Part shown: positions 51,076-64,000 of the stretch, piece after piece
How the letters are laid out: each line of letters begins with the position of its first letter
Position numbering within the stretch: position 1 is the stretch's first letter
DNA from: Felis catus
Taxonomy: Eukaryota
Reading direction: 5' to 3'
DNA length: 64,000 nt
Assembly: GCF_018350175.1 (NCBI RefSeq)
Contig: NC_058368.1
Coordinates: 27,530,001 to 27,594,000, forward strand
Notes under the pieces: model-generated
Database searches by the model: none
Seen by the model: only the letters and a program-made list of their open reading frames with translations
What the model was told of the DNA's origin: nothing
Made by a program: the position numbers and the translations under genes

Positions 51076-51904
51076 AATTTCCTTAATATAGTAAAACCTC
51101 AGTCTCTTAAAGTTGGCAATAACAGACTTCCCATGTGGCAAAGGGTGAGTGAACCTTGCAGCCTTATTCTTTCCCACTTAGGATTTGCCTTCCGTTGAAG
51201 CTCTTTCATTCGAACCACTGCCATCACCATCAAAACATCAGAGGCTGCTGCAACCCCTTAAATACGCCTACCTACGAGACACTCCTTTTTCACCAACCCC
51301 AACAATGTGGACAAGATGCTTTCACCAGTAGAGTTAGATGAAATAGGCCAGCTTGTTCCTTCCACAGTCCAAAGGAATTTTGTGAGGAGTCCACCAATTC
51401 ATAAGTCCTCTCTGCTGCGGATTCTCAGCCCCTCCAGGCAACAAAACAATATGATCCCATATCGACTCTCTCTTGCAGGTGGTCCCACATCTGTTCTAAG
51501 CAGAAATACTCTTAGATGACTTGCCCCAAAGAACTATGAGAATTTTTCCTCATTACTCACTTTTTCTTCCAAAAATTGATACCTAGGAAGCCCTTCTCTT
51601 TTAGGGGGACATCCCAATCCCAGCTCCAGGAATGTAATCTCACCACCATGGTCCAAACACAGACCAGGACAATTATAAGGGCACCATATGTTCCACTTAG
51701 GTGGACGTGGGATGATTCTAGGACAATTCTTTGTTGGGTGCTCCTGCTCTAACAACTAACATAACTTGTGCTAAATAACCCCTAGCCGCCGTATCTCACA
51801 AAGATGACTCCATAATTTCCCTATCCCCTAGGATCCACAACTGAGAATCACTGGGATTTGTGTGTAAACTTATCCAAACCCGACCCTTCCAAGAAGTGCA
51901 TACT

Positions 51905-52345
51905 TTTTTTCCAGTTTTTTTCATGAAATAATTGACGTACATCACTGTATAAGCTTAAGGTGTAGAGCATGATGGCTTGATTTATGTAGCTTGTGAAATG
52001 ATTACAACAGTACGTTTTGTTAATATCCAGCGTCTCATATAGATACTACAAAAAGAGAAAAAAAATGTCTCTGTGATGAGAACTCTTCGGATCTACTCTC
52101 TTAACAACTTCTCCATATATCATACAGCAGTGTTAGCTCTAGTCATCATGCCAGACATTACATTCCTACTACTTCTTTACCTTATAACTGGAAGTTTATG
52201 CCTTTCGACGACCTTCCTTCAATTCCCTCTCCACAACCCCCTGCTTCGGGTAAACACAAATCTGATCTCTCTATCAGTTTGTTGGGATTCCTTTGTGTGT
52301 TTGTTTCTAGAGTCCACATGTAAGTGAGATCACAAAGTATTTGAA
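51905..52345 (-). mobile_element. L1MA9-like 3' UTR fragment
   Basis: gatgagaactcttcggatctactctcttaacaact; ataactggaagtttatgcc; tccacatgtaagtgagatca. Confidence 0.8.
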
Positions 52346-55300
52346 AGACGTGGATACGTGAGCCTTCAATACCATGCACTTTAAAAAGGGAAAGAGGCTA
52401 TTTATTTGGTTTCGGGTGCAAAGAAGGAAATAGCACCATCAAATGCCTTCCTCCTACTCCTCCCCCTCTGCCTTCAAGGGAAAATAGATTTGCTGGCTGA
52501 TGGATGTGGTGTAAGTGGCCATTCCTGAACTGTGATATGGTGCCTTTCGACTCCTAGTTTCAGTTGCTTATTCTATAGGAGAAATACTAGGCATCAAGTA
52601 ATAGCATCACCTGAACAAATAGTCCTCACCCCCAAAGGAGTGTTCTGAATCAATAGTCCCTCCAAACTGAGCCTTCATACAGAGCCCCCTTCCTGTCCAT
52701 CTCTCCAGGGTCAGCTCCCCACTGGCCCATAACCCTCAAGGCCCTTATTGCAAATTCAGACTCTTCCTCATAGGCCTTTTCAGAGAACAGTCCTTCATTA
52801 TTATTAAATCACTTGATTAACTGATTGTAACATTTCGTAATTAATTTAGCAACACTGAAAATTAAAATGTTCTTGCAGCCAGGGTGTAGTAATGCGTACA
52901 AATGTACCTCTGACTCATAGATGTATAAAAACTTTTCTAAAGCTAAAAAGCTTTCAATATGACGTCTGCTTTTTTTTTTCTTCTTTTGAGGTGAGATAAT
53001 CATGATAATCATAGCAATATTAAGATGTTACAGCAAAAGGAGTATGAAGACTGTTTTTTATCTTGTATCATCTACTAACCCATGTGACTCTAGCAACGTG
53101 CATTATTCCACCAGGCTATTATCAACGACTTTGTCAAATGTCGGGCTTATATCCACAAGCACTTGTGTGGCATTCCCCTAATCTAGTTAATATAGTAACT
53201 TTTTCAAGAACAAATGAAAACAAAGGCCATACCATACAAGCTTACAGCTCTTTCGAATTTAAAAGCACACGGGAAAGAACAACCAGATGAGGCTTTCATA
53301 TGACCTTAGAAAATTCTTTATAGGACGCTTTCATTGCTATTATCTCTATGGGAGGCAGCACAGACAGCGGACTTAAAATCAGAAAGCAGACTTGGGTTTT
53401 GCTTCATGTACCTGGTTGACCTTGGGAAAGTCATTTAATTCTTCTCTCTCCTTATCTCTAAATATTAAAAAAGCAATGCTTTCCTTCTAATTAGAATCTA
53501 ATTAGGAAAACACAATCCCCCTCTAATATTTACAACCAAGGGATTTTAATGGGAAGAACTGCTTACGCAGATGATGGAGGCTCTGAGACCCAAGTGATAG
53601 TAAAGGCAAACCACAGATTTGCAACAGAAAGAAGAGAAAGGGGAAAGGAGGCAGAATTCTGAAGTCCAGACACAGAAGGCCACTCACTGCTTAGTGGAGA
53701 AGCACCTCCCCCCCCATTCCCACCAGTGCGTCCCATTGGCCAAACCACATTGGAAGCCTGCTAATAAGGGAGGGGGCGTGGCCTAGAGGGTCAGGGCCCT
53801 GGTGACACAGAGTAGAGCAGACAACCAATGAGGAATAAATCTGAGGGCAAACTAAGTACATTTACCGTGTTATTGTGAGGAGTGATAAAACCAAAAAATA
53901 CACAGGGGACACCTTTGTAAACTGTAAAGCTTTATACAACACAAACAGGTATTGATTTATAAAATGCATCTCATTGAAAACATCAGGCACATCTTTTCTG
54001 ATCTCCTATAACATTTTACCTTTGCTTGCTTTCCAGTTCCTATTTTTTGCCCAGTTCTCTTGTTTTTTAAGCACATGTCATATCTTCCCTTGCATGGCTG
54101 TGCTCCCTGAGGCCAAGTCTATGGTTGATTCATCTTCATAATCCTCACCATACATTTGCTATAGTAGATGTTCAGTAAGTATTGGAGGGAGGAAGAGAAG
54201 GCAGGGAAGAAAGAAAGAAAGGGTGGGAGAAGAAAAGAAACATCATATTCTGAAATTAAATTAACTTACAATATAAAAGATGACTCCTATCTTGGGTATT
54301 GATAGCATGTGGGCAGAGAATTACTCATCAGAGGGATTGACCAAAGTGTCACAGGATGTTCAGCATCCTTGACTCCACCATTAACGGCCACTCATTCTCT
54401 AGAGAGAATGAGAGGCAAAGACAAGACAAATACAGAATCAAGACAAATACAGCTGCCCGCATTTCAAACCGCCCCTAGGAGGTGGCTGAGACCCACTCTC
54501 AGCTGAAGATGCTTAGACATCTCCATCAAGCCTGGCCTCAGGACAAGCTTAGGCATCCCTTCTTCCATGCTCCTACCCCATCACACATCCCTTTGACCTT
54601 TTATTTGATTTAATGGTAGAATTATTCATTGTCTCCCTGCTGAGGGAGAGAGTAAATAAATAAAGCGTAAATGTTCTTAATATTCATTACCCACATGCAA
54701 CACAAAAGAGATAAATTGGCTCAAAGGAAATTAGGGGAGGTGAGCATTGTCATAGGAGAATCATTAGTTCAGAAAAAAACCCACTAATTCCTTTGTCCTG
54801 TTGGGACAGGGCCATTCATTTATTCAATCAACAAATCTAATTAATTGCTATATGCCAGGTATTGTGTTGGATGCTGGATATATGGAGATAAATAAGGGCA
54901 GTTATTAGCTCCAAGCCTGGAGTTTGGGATCTAATGATGGAAACTGAAGAAGTAATCAGCCAATTACAATGTTAAATGTATGTTTACAAGCTGTGATGGT
55001 GGCAGAGACCTTCGACACATGCCTGACAAATCACTGTGCTCCATTTCTGCAGCTATTCAGGACACTTTGAAAAGTCCTGGGCATGACTGGTTCACGTTGC
55101 AGGCTTCCAGCAACTTCCCATCCCAGTCGTGGCAGGGACCCTGGAGGGCAGAAGGAAGCTGGTAAGCTGCCTGAGGTCATGGTGATACCTTACCTTACAA
55201 CCACAGGTTAGATTCAAGTCCTCGAACTGTGGAACACAGAGACAGCAAGGAGCTTGTGCCAAAGCACAATCCATTTTATGACTTGACAAGATGATCCTTG

Positions 55301-58066
55301 TTTGTCTTTCCCACTAGGCAAGCTGACACATTAGCCTCTCTGTTGCTTAATGACGCAGTTGTTATTGTTGCTTTCCAAAATGAAGCATCGCACAGATACA
55401 CAGACACATGTGCGGAAAATATTTACGGCCTCTCCCAGTGAAATACATGTCAAGGCAAGCTCTTCCTCTGAATGCATTCACTTATAAGTGTCACTCCATC
55501 CCCCATTTGCTAAGAAATAAGGGCCCAGGAATGGCAACATAACCCCATAAAGATGTATAAAATGCACGCTGTGAATTAGTCCTTAAAGATGAAAGGCTGC
55601 GTACTTGGAAGTACTTAAATCTTTGTTCAAACTTCACATTTCTCCTGCTTGAACTATAGACGCTGAGTGTGATTCATCAGGGCCTCACTCTCGTTCAGGC
55701 TTCAGACATGCTGGGAAATGACCCAATAATCTGAGAGGAAGATGAGCCTAACGTTCTCTGTATTTTCAGAAACTCAATACGTGTACCCGCTAATGGCGCA
55801 GAGTTGGAATAGCTCCTCGTGGTGGCCCACAGTGTCAGGGGTTTCCAGCCCAGGACTTAAGGTCAATAGGCATTGTACCAACAACTTTGTCTATATATTG
55901 ATCTGGGGCCTTGTCCCTCATGGAGCTTTATGTGAGCATCACAGAGCCCACACGGAACAAGGAGCTGTGCGCACATATGCGTCTGTTCATGGGTATTTGT
56001 GTGTGTTCCTCCTCTGGTATGAAGCCCTTGTTTATAAACCCTCCCAAGCACGAAGAGAATAGGGAATTTATTCAAACGGGACAATAAAGAATTCGAAAGT
56101 GCTTTGTAAACCGTAAACCACATGCTACTGATAATTGTTAGTTGCCATTTTGTTATTAGTGCCCATTTGAATCGTTGCTTGTCACAAGTAGTTATCATCA
56201 TCACCATAGAAAGAGGGGGGTTTTTGATACTGAAGAAGCTGCAACTTGGGTTCCTCTTAGGACAAGAGAACTCTCTTTGTTCAAGAAAATCCTGGGAATT
56301 TTTAGTGCAGAAGGTAAAACCCAAGGACTTTGCCTTAAGCCCACAGAGAAACAAAGTTAAGGGAAGAGGCAGTCAGTAAAGAGACGGGGAGAGGGCTGGA
56401 GGCAGGGGACTGAGGAGTTTAAAGAACTTTTAAGAACGGGATGTCTTACATTTAAATCCAAGTTGTGTAGCACTGCGTTATAAATCCCCTTCCCTGCCCT
56501 AACACTTTAGGAAGCCCTCTATAGCTACAACCTTACAGATCAGAGGCTGCTGGGGGAGTAAAGAGATCAGAGTGGCAGGCAGCATGGAGTGGCAGTGTAG
56601 AAAACAATCAGAGAGCATGAGATGGCAGGACAGTCCCTAGAACTGGACTCTTGTAGCTGCAGGAATCTGGAGCCATAGTTACTAGAAGAAAAGTAAACTC
56701 ATCCACAAGGTTCTTCTCATGGGGCAGAACTAATGGTAACACTGTGTACCTGGCCCCGTTATTAACGCTTTATTTGCAATACTTTACTGAATCATCATCC
56801 CAAATATATAAAGGTATTCTTACGCCTATTTTACAGACAAAAAAAAAAAAAGAAAGAAAGAGAGAAAGAAAGAGAGAGGTCAAGTCATCTGCACAAAATC
56901 ACACAGTAAGTAAAGAGAGTACGTAGACGTGGGATCTGGGCAGACGGATCTCATATTTTTTTCAGTGTGCTTTAAAGCCTATGTCATTTGAATCTCAAAG
57001 GCACAAGGATCCTAGTTGACATCTGGGCTGCAAATTCCTTGTGACTGACTGTTTCAAACTAATGGATTCAGGGCCATTGGGATGGTATTGTGAGTCCGTT
57101 GGCACTCTTGGGAAGCAGATATATTAAGTCAGGGCTCACAAATAAGCCCCAGCAGCCCATGGAGGTGAGAGCCCGTTGGGATGGCCTTGGCATGGAGGGC
57201 ATGCAGCATTTCTATTTTGGGGGACTAGAACAGCTCTGGCTAGAGCACGAGGTGGGGGGGAAGCAGAGGAAAGGACCATGGTCTAGGAAAGACGCAGACC
57301 AAATCCAGAAAACGGGGAAGCCAGTTCAAGTTAAGAGATCCAGGGATGATGAACTTGGGGAAGCTATAGGCCAACCAGAGCAGCGTGGGTCCCTAGGAGC
57401 CTGGAGTGGTTGCTTGGCGGGAGGGCTCCTGTGTTTGGCCCCCAAGCACCAGGGAGCAAGAAACACATTGCGTCAGAGAGGTACAACTGAGACAGGTGGG
57501 CAAAGCAATGAGGACCTGAGGAGGGAAGCGGAAAACAAGGGGTGTAGGTGCGACACGGGAGAGAGAAGTGCGGGGGGCGTGGCGGTACTAGCTCTTGTCT
57601 GCCTGTTCCCAGCCCTTTGGCATGGGAAGTCTGGGCCAACTGAAAGGACTCAGGCCACAAATGACAGTAAGGACTACATGACTGTGTTTGATCCTTCAAG
57701 GCCCCCTTGAAGGCCTCTTGCGTGTGCAAGCTTTCTGGTTTAGACCTGTGGGTCCATAAGCAGCCATTAGCCAGGCCTGCTTCCAAAGGAAGTATCTTCT
57801 GAAAAAGAAAGGGCATTTTCTTTTTGGGAGGAGTTGCCTTTATTTTTTTCTTAACTGCGTTGAGAATAGGAGGAGGGAAGCGCAGGGGCATCTGGCTTTG
57901 GGCCGTCCACTGCCCGTCCTGAAGTAAAACAGACTTGAACTGGCCCAGGGCAAGCCATCATGAGGGAGGGCTAGCAGACCGCACCCCAGATAAGAAGAGC
58001 CAGTCCTCTACGTAAAAGACTACGAGGCAAGACAAAACAGACCGCAAATTAAATACGTGACACTTT

Positions 58067-58290
58067 GGGGCGCCTGGGTGGCTCAGTCGGTTGAGCGTCC
58101 GACTTCGGCTCAGGTCATGATCTCACAGCTCGTGAGTTCGAGCCCCGCATCGGGCTCTGTGCTGACAGCTCAGAGCCTGTAGCCTGCTTCACATTCTGTG
58201 TCTCCCTCTCTCTCTGCCCCTTCCCTGCTCATGCTGTGTCTCTCTCTGTCTCAAAAATAAATAAAAATTTAAAAAATAAATAAATAAATA
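58067..58290 (+). mobile_element. CanSINE with a 17-bp TSD
   Basis: aaatacgtgacactttg on both sides. Confidence 0.93.
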
Positions 58291-59659
58291 AATACGTGAC
58301 ACTTTGATGAGGAAACAACACAAAGCTATTTTAAAATAGAAATAAACACATCTAGCCATTTTCATCCAAGAAATCCAGACAACTGCTTCCAAACCCTTTG
58401 AAGAGTCCTGAGACACAGGAAATTGGGAAGATGGAATTAGAGCGAGGGGCGCCTAGTGGGGGCAGAAAGGCAGATGGGCAGCTTTACAAACGTGTCATTT
58501 CAGGGGCATGTAATGGCACAGCGCTTCCCCGATGCTCCATCTTCGCCACCGGTGGCTAAATTCGCTCCATGAATCATGTATCTCCGTCCAAAGGCCTTCT
58601 CAGGACTCCAGCACAGAGGTTTCTCAAACATGTCAATCCGCCTGCCCTGAACTTGTAGCCTTAGCTCGCTGGTTACGCTGAAACGACTGGAGGACGTTGG
58701 GGTCCCGTGATTACTCAGCACTGGGGGAGAAGGGGGGGTGGCAGAGTGGATTTGAGGTAGTTTTCTCCTCCCTCCAATACCGCCAATACATCTTATCCTA
58801 GGGAACAATCAGATGCCATCAAATGAGCAATAGAAACTAATATGGGTTTAATGAAATGAGGACCTTGGATTGACAGTGCTTTGTTTTAAGGACTCTCTGG
58901 GGCTCTGGCAGCATAATTTATTCATAACTCGCAACTCCCCAGGAAGGGAAAAACAGATGGTTCGTCTCTGTTTTCAAATTGGAGGTTGAAGGACTAAGAT
59001 CAATAGGCATGATCCCATGGCAAACACTGTTGTCTGGCTCTTCTCCAAATCCCCCTTCCCTTTTGCCCTCCTCCCATTCTAGAGTGAAAACGCTAGAGGC
59101 TCATGTTCCAAGCCCCCTCTGCCACTGAGGCGGTGCTAACAGAACACTGCTGGGAGGTCTCTGGGAAGGAGTTTTCCTCCCTGATCGAAGGTGGGAGGCA
59201 CACAAGCCAAACAGGTGTATGTGACCCTCCTTTCTGCCTCTTGGTCGTGATATAGGGCCTGGAGCTGTGGCAACCATCTTGTGACCACGAGGAGAAGGCC
59301 AAACACGGAATGAGATGGCAGTCGTGTGTCTTGATGTCATAGAAATGCTAAACTTACCCAGGAACCACCTACCTCCAGGCGTCTTGTTGAGGAAATAAAA
59401 GCATACTTATTGTGTAAGCCCCTGCAATTCAGGTTTTCTGTTACTTGTAGCTAAACACGTTATTTTTACATTTAGTTGAAATAAACAGAGAGGCACAAGT
59501 AATATACCTGAAAATACAGAATGACAGAATCAAGGGGGCAGTACAGGGGCAGTGGGAACTTCCATTAAAGGCTGGGATACTGGTAACACTCACTAGGTGG
59601 TGGGAAGACATTTGTTTCAGACTCTTCATTTTCATTCCTGAGATTCAAACTGAAACAGA

Positions 59660-60075
59660 CAAATTAAAGGGACCCTGTGTAAAACTTTTCCTGCTTCCTA
59701 CATCCCCGTCTGGGTGGCTCAGTCGGTTGAGCATCCAGCTTCAGCTCAGGTTACGATCTCGCGGTTTGTGAGTTCGAGCGCCGCGTCGGGCTCTGTGCTG
59801 ACAGCTCAGAGCCTGGAGCCTGTTTCGGATTCTGTGTCTCCCTCTCTCTCTGCTCCTCCCCCGCTCGTGCTCTGTCTCTGTCTCTCTCTCTGTCTCTCTC
59901 TCTCTGTCTCTCTCTCTCTCTCAGAAGTAAATAAACATTAAAAAAATAAACAACAACCCTACTCTCACTTCCTCTAGGCTCATGTTTGATTTCCATCCTG
60001 CGTGAAGCCAAGGGAACCTCATGGCTGGTCCTGTGGATCTCTCTCTAGGTCCTCGGACCCAGCCAACCTGTATCA
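59660..60075 (+). mobile_element. Carnivore ERV LTR fragment with a nested CanSINE (59705-59950)
   Basis: U5-like ttccatcctgcgtgaagccaagggaacc...tatca end; SINE with a long CT tract. Confidence 0.6.
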
Positions 60076-60519
60076 AAAGCACATGCCTACTGAGGCTATA
60101 GTGTTACGAGAAATGGTAAGAAGCATTTAGGATTTGGGGTTATGTTGGCTCCTTTTTGCAGCTTCTGGCAAGGTCCTACAAGAAAAAGATAAACACTGGT
60201 TAGAGATCTGTCGTGACAAAGGGAAGAAAAAGACCTCTTCTGGGATGTTCTCTGCTGATAACCAGCGATCTAAACTGATGGAGCATTTCACAATTCGGAG
60301 ACTTACTGGAGTCAGAAGCAGGGAAGCGTGGACATAGCAAAGGCTAAGCCGGGCAAAGTTAGAGCCAAACCTCTCCAACTCCTCTCGTTCAGTTTTCTTC
60401 GCCTGTAGGCAAAGGTCTGATAAAAATGAAGCCTCCCCATCCAACACTCTCGTTCTTAACTTCTTCACAGCAGCCACCATTAACTGATAAAGAGAGAACA
60501 CAAACGAAGCCGGTCAACT

Positions 60520-60855
60520 ATACTGTTGGCCGTATCCTTGCACCTCCACAGCAGCCCCATTCAGGACCCCTTTAAGAAAGAAGGCGCAGTGAGAATGGTT
60601 AGCTGATAGCCTCTGGCTGTGAGCCCCTTTGAGATGCTGCTCAGCTGTAGATCAGAAGCCGCAGTCTTTCCGAGAAGCCCCTAGTCAGTGACTAGATAGG
60701 GCTGGCTATTTCTGCACAATGTGGGATCTTCTAATGAACTATCTTTGCTCTGAAGCTCCCTTCTGAGTTAGCAAAGACTTTATCAGATCTGTAGCCAAGC
60801 CGGAGGCTTTTCCTGCCCAATCCGACTTCCTTCACCATTTTCTCTCACAGAAAAT
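60520..60855 (+). mobile_element. LTR16-like (ERVL) LTR
   Basis: atctttgctctgaagctccc, gactttatcagatctg and cctgcccaatccgacttcc motifs. Confidence 0.65.
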
Positions 60856-63800
60856 GGGGCTGAAGGCTTTCCTTGCCTTGCATCGTATTTTCCTTGCCTT
60901 GTGTTATAGTTCTTACTGTGTATCATAGGCTTCCAGATAGGTTAACTAAGAAATTGAATCCTCTCACATTCTTACTGTTTATTAAAGATCAACAGGACTG
61001 GGTATGTGCTAAAAACCAGGGACTATTATGTGTTTCCCATTATGCCTTTTCCAAATGCAAGATTTTATTAAAGACAATTTCTTCCTTCTACACCACCGTG
61101 TTCGAAGCAGGTATATTATCTTTCAGTTGTAGGCTGTTGCACTTTAAGAGTCTACATGGAGACATGATGGAGATTACCAACCACCCAGAGATTGGGGATT
61201 TGGCGGTAGCTGTAGGAACTGAGTGATTCTGTACGTTTGTCCTCCCATAGAAAATGGGTGACAGCATTCCATCCACAGTGGCTATTGGGGAGGAGTCATG
61301 TCAAAGGTGGTGAGTGGCCAAGGAGATGGATTCTGGTAAACACTCTGGCAGGCCATCCACAGACATGGCCAACCTTCTTTTCCCTTGTATACCTTCCCAA
61401 GTAGAAGCTGAGAACAACAATAGATATTCTCTTTAGCAGCTTCCTTTGCCACTGAGATACAAGGGAAGTCTGGAGGGAAGGCTTCTGGAAGAGTGATCTT
61501 TCCAATAAAAGAGGTACACAAGGAGAGGTCTATTCTGCTTCCTTCTTGTGGTTACAGTCATGTGGGGAGTTGATATCTGGAGCTACGGTGGCCATTCTAC
61601 AACTGAAAAAGCAAGAAAATGGCGCAGATAGAAACCCAGGCCCTGAGACTTGTTGGGAGAGCAAAAGGTGTTCTTAGGATTTCAGTCATCGGGTTTTCAG
61701 TTAGCTGTGACTGAATGCGTGTAACTGATCTCATTTCAGACTTCTTTGAGACAAGCATCTACAGTGTCTCCAGTTGATTTGGTTACCTATGTTCATCTGT
61801 CTGAAATTAAAAACAACCCAATCTCTATCTTCATATAGATCATATAAAATATTGGAAAGTAAATAAAATTTATAAGACCGTGAGCTAATTATTCCCTTAA
61901 GGCTTCATAATTACTAGGTAAGAAATATATCATCTATTCACTCTCGTCAAACTCCAAATCGCTGGTACAGTTGAAAATGCTAATAAAATAAATATCCAGC
62001 CTTATGCATTAGATTTAAGATAGTATGCTAGGCCTTGAGATGTTTTCCCAGCCTTATAGGTAATGGAAGTGGCCAAAGAATGGCAGCAGGACAAAGCCCT
62101 GAGGTGCTGGGAAAGGACCTCCCATTTAACCTAACTTTGCACTGGATTCTTCCAACATTTGCACCGTGAGAGGGGACAGTGCTCTCTATAGGTACAAAAC
62201 TAAAACAAAAACAATAAAACAATACTTTGCCTTCCTGCCAAAAGGCTCTAGTTACTGGGGAGAGTCATCTGGCTCAATGACTTTCTAATCTCTACTATTC
62301 TTTAGATATCATCCAGTCTGATGCCCTAATTTTACAGATAACAAACTGACGTCCTGAGCTGTGGGGAAGACTTGTTAAGTTTGCTTTGTTCTTAGTGACA
62401 GAACAGGGGTGGGAATTAACCCCAGATCTCTTGCTGTCTGTGGGGTGCCTTATCTACTGAACTTTTCTTTCCAAATGGGCAAGGACAGCATGATCTCTTC
62501 TTCTGTCTCACTCCTTCCAAAATATCTAATCCAGAGCTGTTACGACCATCTCTAAGAGATGTCCAACAACGCCTTATGGAAGAAAGGAAGGGATGGAGGG
62601 AAGAGGAAGGGCTACACAGTAAACTTGAGAGAATCATTTTGTGGATTGTTCCAGTTGGACTTGGGAGCCCAAACTCATTCAGAGATTTTTTTTTAATCCC
62701 AAATCACCCCACTGAAATGAAGCACTGTACTCCTACACTATGAGCCTTGGACATCGTAGGCACTCAATGAACATTTACTGAATTGAATTGAATGAATGGA
62801 ATATACTCTTTACGAGGTCAAAAGTAGCACAGACATACATATTTAGATAAACTTCTTTGCTTTTGAATTACATTATTAACAGAGCCAGTGGAAATGAAGC
62901 TTACTAAAAATATTATTAATGGGAGAAGATGAAGATTCTTACATTTATCAGAAATCCATGAAAAAAGTAAATGCTTTCAATAATCCTTTGAATATGACTC
63001 AGTTCAATAAACTTCATAGAGCACCTACTATCTACAAGAGCATGATGGGGCATTGTTGGGTACACAAGGGTGAAATAGATACAATATCCTCCTGCTCTCA
63101 AAGAACTTAAGATCTGATATATGAATAAAACATTGATGTCTGTATCAACAAATAATTGTTTTATAAGTGCTATAGAGAGCAATAAAAGATATATATGTAT
63201 TTGTGACTTCCCAAGAGAGGGAAGGGTCCTTGGAAGCTATGTTAATGATTGATCTTCATCAGAAGAGAGGCAGAGAGCTATTGACGAATTTTAATTAAAT
63301 GGTGTTTTGATGTGTATTTTAAAATGCATATTAGTGAAGTAAGGCTGAGATTATTTATTTCACTACATTAGAAACCTACTAATAGCACTGGAATACTGGT
63401 GATAGACCTTGAAAACTGTTCTCAGATGAGATTCCTTCTCCAGATTTGATGGTTGTGAAAAACCTCAGGCCCCCTTTGCTGTTCATCATCAGAAAACACT
63501 TGAGGAGCACTGACAGTGATCTGGTTGCTGATCGGGGCTGGATAAAAGTCTAGGGCTGTGTTTGTATAATGATAGACTTAATATATGCTGGCTCACGGCA
63601 TCAACGCTTTATCAGAGGAATAAATGGAAAGTTATTCTGGGCTGAGAGGGTAAAGAGATCAGTTTATGGAAAAGAGAGTCTCCTTATGCACATATTCTGT
63701 AAACTACAGATCAAAAGCCAGAAGAGGAGCGCCAGCCATGAATAATGAAATCATACATCCAAAGGTCTGGATGGAGTCAGACATCCTGATGATTTCTTTT

Positions 63801-64000
63801 TAAGGAAAAATCAAGACTTCTGCCTAGTGCTGAATGCTTTGAAGATAAGTGCTCTGAAGGCAGAGCAAGATAGCTATCATATTTAGTAGAGATAGGTGAA
63901 CTTTCAAATTGGGTTCATTTAAATGGTGTGCCCTAGAGTATCCTGCCAGACAAGAAAGGTCAGAGTGGCTTTCACTGAATTTGAGGGACACTCTGATCCC

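Larger units (their letters stand above)
59025..61730 (+). mobile_element. Relic MLT1 (MaLR) element, LTR-internal-LTR, with later nested insertions
   Basis: Two same-orientation MLT1-like LTRs (~59025-59465 and ~61300-61730) share motifs in order; MaLR-internal-like sequence follows the first LTR. Confidence 0.55.

Noticed and set aside
55280..55700. Repeat-poor stretch that may be a conserved enhancer
   Set aside because: Only short motifs are visible; it cannot be supported without conservation or chromatin data.
57090..57710. Longest ORF in the track (206 aa) and the overlapping 175-aa antisense ORF
   Set aside because: No recognisable domain; the 206-aa ORF has a non-ATG start; consistent with chance ORFs in GC-richer intergenic DNA.
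1..64000. CRISPR arrays, operons or other prokaryotic systems
   Set aside because: The sequence is clearly felid genomic DNA; the recurring repeats are SINEs, L1s and microsatellites.

Overview
This is mammalian genomic DNA from a felid (cat family), judged by near-consensus SINEC_Fc-type CanSINEs and cat/carnivore L1 3' ends. The window is repeat-dominated and I find no intact protein-coding gene; most listed ORFs are L1/SINE fragments or chance ORFs. It contains several L1s, including a full-length minus-strand copy with TSDs at ~43.6-49.9 kb, about 30 CanSINEs, two solo LTRs with clean TSDs, MaLR/ERVL relics and a processed RPSA pseudogene that lacks its 3' half. The main find is a heavily decayed, apparently intron-containing LRRC14/PRAME-family leucine-rich-repeat gene on the + strand at ~30.2-34.3 kb. 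It becomes readable only after removing a SINE, a 29-bp duplication and a 1.1-kb solo LTR. A second notable find is an exact 5' half of tRNA-Lys(CTT) inserted with a TSD, consistent with a tailless retropseudogene. All protein and repeat similarities were judged by eye against remembered sequences; no database search was run, and subfamily names and many boundaries are approximate.
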